Shown: positions 20,801 to 30,507, counted from the stretch's first letter. The stretch: 64,000 nucleotides of DNA from Candidatus Poribacteria bacterium (GCA_965198235.1 OZ240248.1:1568001-1632000), one strand, 5' to 3'. Numbers and translations: made by a program. The notes: generated by a model from the letters alone, not told the origin.

Positions 20801-20940
20801 ATTCGCTCTAACGATTCAACAGGCAGTTGCAACGCTTGTTCAGGGTCATACAACTGAATTATTTCCTTTATCCCGTCATTTCGGATGTCAATCCCATTTT
20901 CGGTTAGGATTTTTGTTTCGTAGTCTTGATAAAGTGCCAT
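17896..20940 (-). CDS. Type III-like restriction subunit (Res)
   Basis: MATGSGKT, DEAH, QIFGRGVR; C-terminal YPDF..IDPKG nuclease motif. Confidence 0.88.
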   Translation of the reverse strand: MALYQDYETKILTENGIDIRNDGIKEIIQLYDPEQALQLPVESLERIQDFLEDYNYLTRQAFKLRYYQVLALLFTECFFADRQQSEGFDTSSEQEDKRMLAYWMATGSGKTHIMHLNILQYLHHFCKKDNARLQIFLTTPLANLIKQHERELEPYVRELNKTYSNRIELTIDTTQGLLQKEDDYFRLPDAGEIRRLILVDEAHIGLTSQQSGKFRELRNRLNVGNSFLFEYSATFHNIAKELADEYDSAIIYRYDYARFYSDGYGKDHYFKPIAADAVATESDQEIKDNLDECFWVMEKKLQTFKRVRDDESQDIDLTVHRPLMAFMGHTVENPKDEGKNDNDEVSDIQKVLNYLAALSEAERQKFRSIFGSDIIGRLVVARNPDNNSELLLSYGDGEKWGMINIGDAASFYNSIENDCIETRVESIADPNLHFENLDNETSPINILIGSRKFAEGWNSYRLSVIDLINLGSSKGNLIIQIFGRGVRLGGKGGDGKRRYIEQDPDYPYPLPRKRDRESEIRRLETLTVFSLQRSYLEHFLKEVHMGGIRLYHTFKINVNSTFFKVDNGTTIHFEEYKSKLPIFKQIGSSDNSIKCVVFSRDKSINYTYFEDNTEKHGVINNWQEIMLDYRTDKEKEAPNIYEYLQKYNKEYSCYLNRARLATIIRREAEKNHLQLYHEGNSEPAISDFLALVGGIRYRKAGKNKIAWTDRLNRQVVIDVTGKLRNRINAHINRANYIYEPLNQDDFIYEYTVTKEFKDRDEYEEFLAKIEEAEKERDISKGRRKNPEVQIQRELQLFLELHHRHIYNPLLLDPKDIRENEPNEVKVSPDRLNAGERKFVEDLTNYIKRSYGRNKRYEFYLMRNVQKIGIYLENDSGSYYPDFVLWIVDTEQTVTHILFIDPKGQRGIIDDETLDYQNHPKVKLARKSEDKTLIILEKRLEAEQGRTFHLNSFLLLRDSSKLGNRQSVEWVEENMLAYNIFRLNWHEKTEDGSTSQLFNNEKSYLDLMFEKTGIR

Positions 20941-20997
20941 TAGTTTCTCTAAACATCTGTGGAAGTAATATGCATTTGTGTTCCTATTATTTTTTTG

Positions 20998-23900
20998 CTA
21001 CGCTTCAAGAGTGTCCCACACCGCTCCTGTGTCAAAATCCGATGTTGAGATGAGATGAATCTGTCGCAGCTCCGAATTCTCAAGCAATGCTTGCTGATGC
21101 ACATCACAGTTAACATCTAGCTGTGTGACACCCGCTAACTGTTCATCTGCGAGAATTTCCAATAACTGAGGCGTATCGTCCTCCTCGGTTACATTGCGGA
21201 ATACAACCAGTCGCGTACCACTTTGAACAACTCGGTATACCTGATCATTTAAATCAAACCGCAAACGACGCTGAACCGGGAGCCCTTTGAGATAGCAATA
21301 AGTTTCCAAGACATCTACGTAGTCTTCTCTGCTATCCTTACCATACGTAATCCGATTAGAGAAGGGGTCGCGCATATCCATCATCAGCCGAGTCTGCTGT
21401 TCCTCGGGCCGATAGAGATATTTGACGGGGAGTTCTGTTTTCGTATTATAATTTGGAGGTGATGTCGTGAGGTTGTTGAGGACATCCTCATACTGTTCCA
21501 ACTGTTGATATTTAACAATGCCGACGGTGCCATCAATTTTCTTTTTTGCGTCCGGTTTGCCATCTCTCCAATTTGCGGAGAACATGACGCGCCGGATCCG
21601 CTCCTTCAAGGTGCTATCAAAGTAGTCTCCGATCTCAACAAGGATAAATTTGCGGTTGCCGTTATCGATTTTGTTGAGGTTAAGGATGGCATGCCCCGTT
21701 GTGCCACTACCGGCAAAGAAGTCAAGCGTAATTCCTTTACCATCATTTGTAACTGCCCAAACGAACTTTTCATATAAGTCAATAGGATGAGAGTATGGGA
21801 AATTTAACCCTAATGCGTCCAATTGCATTTTGCCTCTTTCGCCTGAGGGCAAGACTGAGGATAACTCGCCGACCAGATAGTTTTTCAAATAAATTTTGAG
21901 TCGAGGTTGTTTGGTTTCATCGGTACCGAAAATAATGCGGCCTTCATCCAAAAATTTCTGCATGTTTTCTGGAGTTCTACTCCATCCAGTCGCTGGAACT
22001 GGACAAGATTTACGAGTGATTGGATGAATCAATGGTTCGTGGAATTTAGGGTTGGTCAGCAATGCCGGGGCTCCTATACTGACATCTGAAAAAACCTGTC
22101 CCGCATCGTCAATTTTTGAATAAGCCCGTTCTCCACCACTCAACTCAGGTTTGTTCGTAATCCAATTTCTAAATTCTTTGCGGCACTCCTCTGTGACACT
22201 GCTATACTGTTTTATTAATGAGGCAGCCTTTCTAAGAATCGCTTCACGGTTGGTTGGTATAGCTTTGAGTTTTACGGTTCCTTTAGAATAGCACACAACA
22301 TATTCATGTTGTGTGGCTATCGTATTTGTTCCGAAAACAGGGTTTCTTTTGTCCCAAACAATAGTCCCCTGATTTTTCATCTGCATGGTGCTGAATACTT
22401 GAAATAGGTTTTCATATTCGTTCTCGTCAATATGGCAAAGGATGCAGCTATCTGGTGCCATTAACTGTTCGGCGAGGGACAACCGGTTTTCCATCATCGT
22501 TAGCCAACTGGAATGCTGATAATTGTTTTTATAGAGGAAGCCGCTTGTGTTGGTGTTGTAAGGCGGATCAATGTGGACACACCTTATGGAGTTTCGGTAT
22601 TTTTCCATAAGTAGGTCCAACGCCTGAGAGTTTTCACTGTTGAGTAACACGCCATCAATTTGCGATTCTAAATCTTTGAATAGGGCAAGAATCTCATCAA
22701 CAAAACCTTCCTCAAAATGCTGTGTGTCCAATGGTAGTGTTGGATATAATCCTTCAAGCAACGGCAGTTGCTCTGTAATATCGATACCGAAGGTTTCACG
22801 CCAGTCGGCAAGTTGTGCCTCGTTTTCCAGAATCTGTGAGATGAGTGCTTCCCGTTGGACTGTGTCATCTTTTGTTGCCTCTGAAATCTTACCTACAGAG
22901 ATGAGATAGTCGGTAGAAACAACCTTTTTCTTCATCAAGAATAGCTGCTTCTGAAATGTCTCCACAGCAACAAGCAGTGCAATTACTTCGTCTGTAACGC
23001 TGCGGAATGCTGTTGCTATAGCGAATGCCGGGTTTTCAGAACTGAGATTCAAAAGCGTATCCAAATCGCTGAGGATGATGTTCTGGATATAGCGGCGTTG
23101 CTCGGTTTTCAGAAATTTATCCAAATCTTTATGGATAAAGTAGTCTGAATCCATGCCCACGAAGAAGGTGTTCAGGTTTTTGTCAAGGGTGTGGAACCGT
23201 TGCACTATAAGGCGTTTTTCTAATACTGCTTGCCGTTCTGTATTGTTTTTGCCGAGTCCTTTGAAATCGGGATGGCTTACCAATTTCCCCGCGTAACTTG
23301 ACAAGTCCAAGTGCAACGCGTTGATACCTTGCAATCTGCCGTTCTGCACCTTGTCGTAAGTGTTCGCAAGGTCCTTAAAGATGGGTTTGCCCTGTTCCTC
23401 CCCTTTCTTAGGACGTTCGTGGAGATAGATGTCTACATCATCCGTTTCACTGAATATCTGAGTGCACATCTCACGGTATATCTCAACTTTTGGCGTTGAG
23501 GTTTCTGCCAAGTGAAGGATAACGCGCCATGTCTGTTCGGTATCGTCGGGTTTGGGAGGATCAATCCTACCAAAGCGATAATGTTTGAAATCGTCACGGT
23601 TATTGTTTTGTGCAATACTGGAACTTGCTTCTCCCTCTAACCGATACTCAATCCGTTTGTCTTCAACTTCAAAAGCAACACTGTTGAACCCTGTCGCCGT
23701 TTTAACGTAGTAGCTATCGCGACATTTCCAGTGGAAAAGTGTATCTGTCCCGTTGTAGTCTGCCTCATCGGGGTAGTCCACCTTATAGAGTGCAGTACTC
23801 CTGTCATTATAGCCGAAGTCACCATCTCGGTAGTATCCTTCAAAAAAACTATGAACATGATTATAGACGCGGAAAGCGAGTTTGGATTTGAGTTCGTCCG

Positions 23901-24261
23901 GGTCCGTTTCCAATGGAGCGATAAGTTCTTCCTTATCTTCGGTCTGGAGAAAATCTATCAGTTGTTGAGAGTTCTCGGCGATGTTTTCAAGCCAATCTCT
24001 TTGTCTACGCCCGCCTTCCTCAGCGACGAATTCCCTAACCTTGGTGAGTTGGCTATCGTAGAGTGTCTTAGTGACTTCTACGAGTGCTTCATCTACTATA
24101 GTTGTTAACTTTTCGTCAATGAATTGATTAACCTCATCGCGCTTAATTTTGAGGATACGGAAGATACCGAAGTCGAGGTCGTTATGTGCGAAGTGAAACA
24201 TATCGCGAAGTTTCTCGCGGAGGGTGTTGAGTGCTTCGGTTGTTGAGTTTGATTCGGGCAT
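20998..24261 (-). CDS. Type III-like methyltransferase (Mod), 1087 aa
   Basis: IDPPYNT and DFFAGSGTT motifs; directly upstream of Res. Confidence 0.88.
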   Translation of the reverse strand: MPESNSTTEALNTLREKLRDMFHFAHNDLDFGIFRILKIKRDEVNQFIDEKLTTIVDEALVEVTKTLYDSQLTKVREFVAEEGGRRQRDWLENIAENSQQLIDFLQTEDKEELIAPLETDPDELKSKLAFRVYNHVHSFFEGYYRDGDFGYNDRSTALYKVDYPDEADYNGTDTLFHWKCRDSYYVKTATGFNSVAFEVEDKRIEYRLEGEASSSIAQNNNRDDFKHYRFGRIDPPKPDDTEQTWRVILHLAETSTPKVEIYREMCTQIFSETDDVDIYLHERPKKGEEQGKPIFKDLANTYDKVQNGRLQGINALHLDLSSYAGKLVSHPDFKGLGKNNTERQAVLEKRLIVQRFHTLDKNLNTFFVGMDSDYFIHKDLDKFLKTEQRRYIQNIILSDLDTLLNLSSENPAFAIATAFRSVTDEVIALLVAVETFQKQLFLMKKKVVSTDYLISVGKISEATKDDTVQREALISQILENEAQLADWRETFGIDITEQLPLLEGLYPTLPLDTQHFEEGFVDEILALFKDLESQIDGVLLNSENSQALDLLMEKYRNSIRCVHIDPPYNTNTSGFLYKNNYQHSSWLTMMENRLSLAEQLMAPDSCILCHIDENEYENLFQVFSTMQMKNQGTIVWDKRNPVFGTNTIATQHEYVVCYSKGTVKLKAIPTNREAILRKAASLIKQYSSVTEECRKEFRNWITNKPELSGGERAYSKIDDAGQVFSDVSIGAPALLTNPKFHEPLIHPITRKSCPVPATGWSRTPENMQKFLDEGRIIFGTDETKQPRLKIYLKNYLVGELSSVLPSGERGKMQLDALGLNFPYSHPIDLYEKFVWAVTNDGKGITLDFFAGSGTTGHAILNLNKIDNGNRKFILVEIGDYFDSTLKERIRRVMFSANWRDGKPDAKKKIDGTVGIVKYQQLEQYEDVLNNLTTSPPNYNTKTELPVKYLYRPEEQQTRLMMDMRDPFSNRITYGKDSREDYVDVLETYCYLKGLPVQRRLRFDLNDQVYRVVQSGTRLVVFRNVTEEDDTPQLLEILADEQLAGVTQLDVNCDVHQQALLENSELRQIHLISTSDFDTGAVWDTLEA

Positions 24262-24279
24262 TAGTATATTGTCCTTTTA

Positions 24280-24507
24280 CTATTCGGATTCATCGACCTG
24301 CTCACATCCTTCTTCAATCGTTTGCTTCATTATTTCTAAGTCTTCCTTTGAAATTGTGCCTACAAATTGAAGTAGATTTTTGCCTGGGTATTGCTTTGGC
24401 GGTTTCCCCAACAACTCCCGCGTGAAATCCAAGACCTGCCTCTATTGCTCAAGTGAAAGAATTTTGAGTAGTTTTATAATTTCTTGGATAGTTGCTGAAT
24501 TTTTCAT
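24280..24507 (-). pseudogene. Second antitoxin paralog with internal TAG
   Basis: MKNSATIQEI..EQ*RQVLDF..GKNLLQFVG..EDLE..IEEGCEQVDESE aligns with 17579-17809; stop at 24442-24444. Confidence 0.75.
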
Positions 24508-24725
24508 AGTGTTGTCTCCTTTTGGTTCAAGCACCATAGTGGTTTACACCGACCAAGACTGCTGTAGACAGTTTACCATCAATTGTATCAAAAATCAATT
24601 TTTTTCTATGTTAACACCGGTTTAGTTTTCAGTTTTATCATTCCAAAGGCGTGAAGGCGTGTATCAATCTTCAGTCCACTATGGCATCACGTCTCTCCTT
24701 CCATTCGTGAAAGGTGAAGATACAT

Positions 24726-24890
24726 CTATATGTATTCAGCAAGTTGCAGCCCTTCCTGCGCTGCCCACCTTTCTAAGAGGTCTTTCTCTTTAGGTGTCGC
24801 CAGCCGATTGCGCTTGCCACGAACCTGACGGATAAGTTTTTGGCGAGGTGATAACTCAATCGTCAAAATCTTGCGTCGTCCGTTTTCATA
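24726..24890 (-). pseudogene. C-terminal remnant of a PcfJ-like protein
   Basis: ILTIELSPRQKLIRQVRGKRNRLATPKEKDLLERWAAQEGL with no in-frame start. Confidence 0.5.
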
Positions 24891-24892
24891 AA

Positions 24893-25738
24893 TCAGTAGA
24901 AAAGTCGGACTGAAAACAGTGAGGTCTGCGAACCGTATCTCTCATTCACGAAGGCGTAGTCTAATCTGATGTTACCGCGCTGATAGCCGAATCCAGCGGT
25001 GAGTCCATCACTGAAACGCCATCCCAGTCGCATCGCAAATTCACCATGCCGATACTCACATCCGATACGCGGGACACCGTTGGCTACCTCAAAGGCCGCT
25101 AACAGAGCATCGGGTTTTCTGTCTGATGTATCTGAACCAAAGTTAATTTTTACAGCAGAACCGATACGCCATTCACGTAGCAGCAACTCGGTGTAGGTGC
25201 TCTTGGAAGCCGTCTCTGCAAGTCGGCGATAGGACAGGTTTGAGAACAGGTTCGGGAATACTATACCAATTCTAACGATCTCCGTCATAAGATCGTACTG
25301 GATGCCGAGATCGGTGCCCCATCCTGCTCCACGACCTAACGGCACTTGTTCCAGATTCACCGAAGTGCTAAAATATTTGGCATTAATACCGATGTACAAT
25401 CTCTTCCATATACGGGTTGCGGAAGACAACATCACAATCCGCTCTTGAGAGATTCCTTCTGTATCACTTGAATTTAAGATTGCTGCGCCGACGGTTTGTC
25501 CGCTCCGAATTGGATGTGCCACTCCGACGAAACTGTAACCTAACACACCGTGCAGATCAAGGTAACTGATGCCGATCTCGGGCGTAGGTAATCGTGCCAG
25601 ACCTGCCGGATTCCATATCAGTGCGCTGGTGTCCTGCGTCGCCGCCGAGTACGCGCTACCCATCCCTGCGGGTCCCGCCATGAGTTCGATATTCTCGAAC
25701 GCCGCGTTGACCGATCCATTCAGCAGCAAAATTAGCAT
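24893..25738 (-). CDS. PorV/PorQ-like outer-membrane beta-barrel protein
   Basis: GMGSAY..D.SALIWNPAGL and LDYAF motifs; aromatic C-terminus; true start probably slightly upstream. Confidence 0.7.
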   Translation of the reverse strand: MLILLLNGSVNAAFENIELMAGPAGMGSAYSAATQDTSALIWNPAGLARLPTPEIGISYLDLHGVLGYSFVGVAHPIRSGQTVGAAILNSSDTEGISQERIVMLSSATRIWKRLYIGINAKYFSTSVNLEQVPLGRGAGWGTDLGIQYDLMTEIVRIGIVFPNLFSNLSYRRLAETASKSTYTELLLREWRIGSAVKINFGSDTSDRKPDALLAAFEVANGVPRIGCEYRHGEFAMRLGWRFSDGLTAGFGYQRGNIRLDYAFVNERYGSQTSLFSVRLFY

Positions 25739-25892
25739 TAGCAGAAGGTATGCGGAGAGTTTTATAATGGAATAAAAGAAATGATTCGTGTTTTTCGTCC
25801 GTCTACCTCCTTAGGGTCTGAGTTGTGTGGCGAAGCAAAGACTATTTTATCAAAAAGGGTCTCTCTTTGTCAATCAACGGCATTTATGAATT

Positions 25893-26017
25893 AGGGGCAT
25901 TCAGTTTTTCTGTAGGAGGGGAAAACGTCCAAGCAAAAACACACATCCCTGTAGGAGCGACCTCCCGGTCGCGATTTCCTACAAAAATGCGTAGAAAACC
26001 GAGAACTAAATAGCCCA
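25893..26017. repeat. Family D inverted-end element containing a GTAG REP-like hairpin
   Basis: GGGCATTCAGTT...AACTAAATAGCCC; related to 51415-51575 and ~50190. Confidence 0.55.
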
Positions 26018-26190
26018 GTTTATGAATCGACAAGGTTTTGAAGATAATTAAAGTGTAGAACAACTAACGTTACAGTTTCTCTATACACGGTCATCTTGAG
26101 GATTGGAAAGTTTTTTGACAAAGGCATGTGATTTTTAATGTTCCGTTCAAACCAGTCTATGTGCTGGTTATGTAAACCTACCGTTTCGGT

Positions 26191-26220
26191 TTGACATAAC
26201 CCCACTATGAATGGTATACT
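26191..26220 (+). promoter_or_regulatory. sigma70-like promoter
   Basis: TTGACA-N18-TATACT. Confidence 0.5.
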
Positions 26221-26262
26221 ATAAGGATTAGAGCGGGTGCTTGATGTTTCAGCCATTCGCAA

Positions 26263-26308
26263 TTGCCCCTTTTTGTGCGCTGAAGCGAGAGTTGCCCCTT
26301 TTTGTGCG
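26263..26308. promoter_or_regulatory. 17-bp direct repeat pair, putative activator sites
   Basis: TTGCCCCTTTTTGTGCG at 26263 and 26292. Confidence 0.55.
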
Positions 26309-26337
26309 AAATCTCACGCTTGAGGCAGGAAATGAGA

Positions 26338-26353
26338 TGGCATAGAAATTGCT
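26338..26353 (+). promoter_or_regulatory. sigma54 (-24/-12) promoter
   Basis: TGGCATAGAAATTGCT has GG-N10-GC in TGGCA..TTGC context. Confidence 0.65.
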
Positions 26354-26406
26354 TAAATTGCTTATCTGTTACTGTGGACTGACAGCGATTTTAAGGAGGA
26401 ACCGTA

Positions 26407-27213
26407 ATGTTTTTGTTTAAAAATGTGCGGATAGGTCTCGCGAGTTTTATAGCAGTCTTTTTGCTAATAGCACTACCCAGTTTCGCTGAGATTGACCCCG
26501 AGAATATTATGGGAATGTGGCTCTTTGACGAGGGGAAGGGCAATGTTGCTACTGATTCGTCGAAACAGGGAAATGATGGTGAAATCCACGGCGCGAAATG
26601 GGTAGACGGGAAATTTGGAAAAGCACTTGAATTTGATGGTGCTGGCAATTGGGTTGAGGTCCCACATTCAGACACTGTCGGGTTTAAGGCGGGTGTCTCG
26701 TTCACGATCACCTGTTATTTCAAAGGCAGCAGGGTCGCTGGCGCGCTTGTTGGCAAGAACTACGAGGATACATCGCAGGCGCTCCCCTGGTACCTGCTCT
26801 GGAACGGAGGTGGCGATAACAAGGTGACCCTCTACCTGCGCGACAGTGCGTCGGCAAGTTTCCGAGCAGGCGGCACTACCGAAATTGGAGACGACAAATG
26901 GCACTTTGTCGTCGGCAGAGCCGACGCAAGTACTGGTAAGGCTTCGATATGGATAGATGGCGAGATGGAAGCCGAGGTTGATTTCAATGAAAAAGACGGA
27001 TACGGTACCGGTGAAGGTGTGTTTCACATCGCACGGCACTATGATCGGTATACTGATGGTATTATTGATGATGTCGCTCTCTTCAACGTCGCTTTGGAAG
27101 AAGAGGATATAAAGGCTCTCATGAACGATGGTGTTGAAACTGCCGCGGCGGTTGAACCTGTGAACAAGTTAACAACGACGTGGGGCAGAATCAAACGACA
27201 GATAAACAGATAG
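26407..27213 (+). CDS. Secreted LamG-like protein
   Basis: Signal peptide, WLFDEGKG, GKFGKALEFDG, GIIDDVALFN; tail AVEPVNKLTTTWGRIK. Confidence 0.88.
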   Translation: MFLFKNVRIGLASFIAVFLLIALPSFAEIDPENIMGMWLFDEGKGNVATDSSKQGNDGEIHGAKWVDGKFGKALEFDGAGNWVEVPHSDTVGFKAGVSFTITCYFKGSRVAGALVGKNYEDTSQALPWYLLWNGGGDNKVTLYLRDSASASFRAGGTTEIGDDKWHFVVGRADASTGKASIWIDGEMEAEVDFNEKDGYGTGEGVFHIARHYDRYTDGIIDDVALFNVALEEEDIKALMNDGVETAAAVEPVNKLTTTWGRIKRQINR

Positions 27214-27222
27214 GGAAAAATC

Positions 27223-28368
27223 ATGAAACAGATACAGGCTTTTTCGGTGCAGCTTGTAAACCGAAAACTTACTATACAGACATTTGCTTTAGTGCTATTG
27301 CTGTTTGCAGGATTGAATTGCGGGACAGAGAATCCCGTTAAGGAAACGGTAGACCCCTCCGCAGTTGAGGCACTGACAGGCTCGCTGCGTGGAGAGGTGC
27401 AATCTATTGACGGTGTATTGATTCAGGTGCGTTTACTAAGAGATGGGCAACTCTTAGCGCAAACTGAGGCGCGGGCGACCTACGAACTTGCATCAATCGA
27501 AGTTGGAAACTACACACTCCAAATATCGGCAAAAGGATATGAGACTAAGGAGGTAAATGTCACAGTCACCGCTGGACAAGTTGTCTCGCTGGATAAGGTG
27601 GCACTTGTGGCGTTGGCGACCCCTGTCTCGCATCTGCGCGGTGTTTTAACGGATAAAGCGACAGGTGAACCTCTCGGTGAAGTCAACCTCCAACTTACTG
27701 ATAAAGCCGGGAAAGTTTACGAGGCGTTGACAACAGGGGTGGGTGTTTTCAGCTTTGAAAACCTCCCTGTAGAACAAGCCTTCACCTTAGCAATCGCACA
27801 TGCAGGTTACGAAGAAACCGAGGTCGCTGTGCATCCGATACCCGCGGCAGAGACATTGGAGTTACAGGTTCAAATCACTCGGCTCCCTGAACAGGACAAG
27901 TTGGATCCGGGTCAAGGCTTGAGTCTCGAAAGTCAGGCACCCGCCTTTGAATTACCGGATGGCGATGGCAAGTTGCACGCACTCGCTGATTATGTCGGCA
28001 ACAAGAATGTAGTGCTTATATTTTACCGCGGCGGCTGGTGACCGTTCTGCAGAGCGCAACTCGGAGAGTTGCAAAAAAACTATGCTAAAATTCGGGCGGC
28101 AGGCGCGGCGCTCATCGCTATCAGTTCCGATGATGAAGGCGATACCAAAAAGACGGTTCAAGGCAGTGGACTTGAATTCCCTGTACTCGCTGATAAGGAC
28201 AGAGAGGTAATCAAGGCTTACAATGTCTTGAATCCCGGTAACGACAGAATAGCCCGTCCTGCAACCTACGTTCTTCGCAAAGATGGGACAATCGTTTGGA
28301 AATCCCTTGATGGGGTAGCCGTACGTGTTCCGACGGCACAAATTCTCACGGAATTGGGTAAACTCTGA
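27223..28368 (+). CDS. Selenoprotein: lipoprotein with two carboxypeptidase-regulatory-like domains and an AhpC/TSA (UxxC) domain
   Basis: FYRGGW-TGA-PFC continues in frame into ORF 28069-28368; SECIS-like hairpin follows. Confidence 0.88.
28056..28072 (+). promoter_or_regulatory. SECIS-like hairpin
   Basis: GCAACTC-GGA-GAGTTGC starting 14 nt after the UGA at 28039-28041. Confidence 0.7.
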
Positions 28369-29492
28369 TGAAACCTCACGATACAGTTATAGCAGACATT
28401 ATCGCCGACAGCCAAGAGGCAGCGCGGCATCAAAATGCGCTTGACCGTCGACAATTCTTAACCCGGCTTGCTGCCGGTGTAGGTGGAATCGGTGGTGCAC
28501 TGAGCACACTCCCGGCGTTCGCGCAGTTGAGTAGTGGGCAGTTACAGCCTGATACCACGACAGGAACACCCCTTACATCTGTCGTTGAGGCTGTCAGTGA
28601 GAACGTCTGGGATGGCGATCGGCTCGATGAAGATGCTGTCAGTGAACTGATTGATCAGGCGATGATGAAGTTCACTGGACGTGCTTCCGCTAAAGAGGCG
28701 TGGCGAGATATTGTCCTACCCGACGACATCGTCGGTATAAAAATCAATCCACTCGGCGGACCCGAACTCAGCACACATCCTATCATTGTTGATAAGATCG
28801 TTGAGGGATTATACGGTGCCGGTGTCCTCAAAAAACAAATTATTATCTGGGACCGGTTTGAAAGCCACCTCTTGAACGCTGGGTATCCCATCAAGCAAGA
28901 TGAAGGCGAAGTGCAAACTTTTGCCTCTGACACAGGGGGTATCGGGTATGATGACGAGGTGTTTTACGAAAGCGGAAAAGACAGTGTTAACCGCCGAGAA
29001 AACGAAAGTACTCGCTCTCGGTATTCCCGAATCGTCACACAGCATGTTGATGTGTTGATTAATGTTCCTGTTTTGAAACACCATGAAATGGCGGGGGTCA
29101 GCGGGTGTTTAAAGAATCTCGCGTTTGGCAGTGTTGATAACACACGCCGGTTTCATGCGAAGCCGCTCTATTGCAACCCGGCTATCGCTGAGATTCTGGA
29201 GCATAAGGTCTTGAAAGATAAACTTGCCCTCAATATCGTTGATGGGTTGGTGGCATCGTTTGACCGAGGACCGACATACCACGCCGAAAGCACATGGAAA
29301 TACGGCAGTCTCTTTGTCAGTACAGATCCGGTTATTCTTGATGTCCTTGTCCTTCAGACTATCAACCAGAAGCGCGAGGAGATGGAGTTGGATTCTGTGT
29401 CTAAGTTAGCGAACCATATCAACACGGCGAGTGTGCTCGGTTTAGGCACAAATACGCTCGATCAAGCCGACCTTCAGAAAGTTGAGGTTTAA
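28368..29492 (+). CDS. DUF362 protein with Tat signal
   Basis: DRRQFL, VGIKIN, INVPVLKHH..GVSGCLKN, DPV..D. Confidence 0.85.
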   Translation: MKPHDTVIADIIADSQEAARHQNALDRRQFLTRLAAGVGGIGGALSTLPAFAQLSSGQLQPDTTTGTPLTSVVEAVSENVWDGDRLDEDAVSELIDQAMMKFTGRASAKEAWRDIVLPDDIVGIKINPLGGPELSTHPIIVDKIVEGLYGAGVLKKQIIIWDRFESHLLNAGYPIKQDEGEVQTFASDTGGIGYDDEVFYESGKDSVNRRENESTRSRYSRIVTQHVDVLINVPVLKHHEMAGVSGCLKNLAFGSVDNTRRFHAKPLYCNPAIAEILEHKVLKDKLALNIVDGLVASFDRGPTYHAESTWKYGSLFVSTDPVILDVLVLQTINQKREEMELDSVSKLANHINTASVLGLGTNTLDQADLQKVEV

Positions 29493-29494
29493 CG

Positions 29495-29830
29495 ATGAAA
29501 CACATTTTTATAGCAGTCAGCCATCAGCAGTCAGCGATCAGCAAGAGGGTATCATTTCACCAGAAAATCTCTTTCCTGAAGGTTTCCGAGAACCGACAGC
29601 CGACAGCCATTTTCATTCTCTTCTGCATCGCGATCGCCCTTTTTCAGATGACAGGATGTACCGTAACTTTCACGCAGAGTGATACGCTCCAGTTCAGTTT
29701 ATCCGAACCGGTAGAGGAAACGATGTCGATCGTTGCCGAGTTTGAAGCAGGCGAGGCTGACAGTGTTGCCGGTGATGTGACACAGAAAGCAGGGAGTGTC
29801 TGTGCAGGTGGGGCGTGTATTATCTATTAA
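29495..29830 (+). CDS. Small lipoprotein with CAGGAC tail; Family C insertion in the signal peptide
   Basis: Removing 29510-29614 gives MKHIFILFCIAIALFQMTGC; ends VCAGGACIIY. Confidence 0.6.
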   Translation: MKHIFIAVSHQQSAISKRVSFHQKISFLKVSENRQPTAIFILFCIAIALFQMTGCTVTFTQSDTLQFSLSEPVEETMSIVAEFEAGEADSVAGDVTQKAGSVCAGGACIIY

Positions 29831-29919
29831 CAGTCTGTCGTCTGCGTTGAGGAAGTCGCAAAGAGAAAGCGGGCTTATTAGCCCGCTTGTGGTAAGATTC
29901 GGTTTGAATGATAACGCTA

Positions 29920-30507
29920 CTAATCCGATTTGATTTTGCCCCATGTTGTCGTTAGATTCCCAGCCGGGTCAACGGGAAGCACACCTTCTTCGAGGAAGAT
30001 CGTCCACATGAGGACCGGGTCTCCGATAACCTCATCAATACCGAGTAACTCCACTGTTCCTTTCGGATACGGTTCATTGGATTTGTAGATGTGGTACTCG
30101 GTTGGGGCGTGTGGGGCATCTAACATGAGGATTTCGCCGGTATCCGTATACCCCTTTGTAAACCAGCCTTTCGGATCCTGTCCGCGGTCCTCCGGTGATG
30201 TATGTCGGCTATCCCATGCTTGGTAGACATAAGCCGGTCGGTCGATGTCAAACGTAAGTCGGTAGTCCTGTCCGCCGGGACAGTCCGCTGACGTGGAAAC
30301 TTGCGTTAAGCCAAGAAATTCTTTCGGAATATTCGTAATCGTATAGTCTCTATCGTGGAAAAATTTTCCACCTTCTTCCAACTCGGTGGCTTGATAGGCA
30401 CCACCCTTGTTATCCTTTATTTCTGTGACTTCTACATTCTCAGCGGCGAAGGCGGTTAACGCAACTGCAATACACAGTGCGGCGATACAAACATAAGCCA
30501 GTTTCAT
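29920..30507 (-). CDS. Secreted hypothetical protein with LTTTWG tail
   Basis: Signal peptide; PVDPAGNLTTTWGKIK. Confidence 0.82.
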   Translation of the reverse strand: MKLAYVCIAALCIAVALTAFAAENVEVTEIKDNKGGAYQATELEEGGKFFHDRDYTITNIPKEFLGLTQVSTSADCPGGQDYRLTFDIDRPAYVYQAWDSRHTSPEDRGQDPKGWFTKGYTDTGEILMLDAPHAPTEYHIYKSNEPYPKGTVELLGIDEVIGDPVLMWTIFLEEGVLPVDPAGNLTTTWGKIKSD

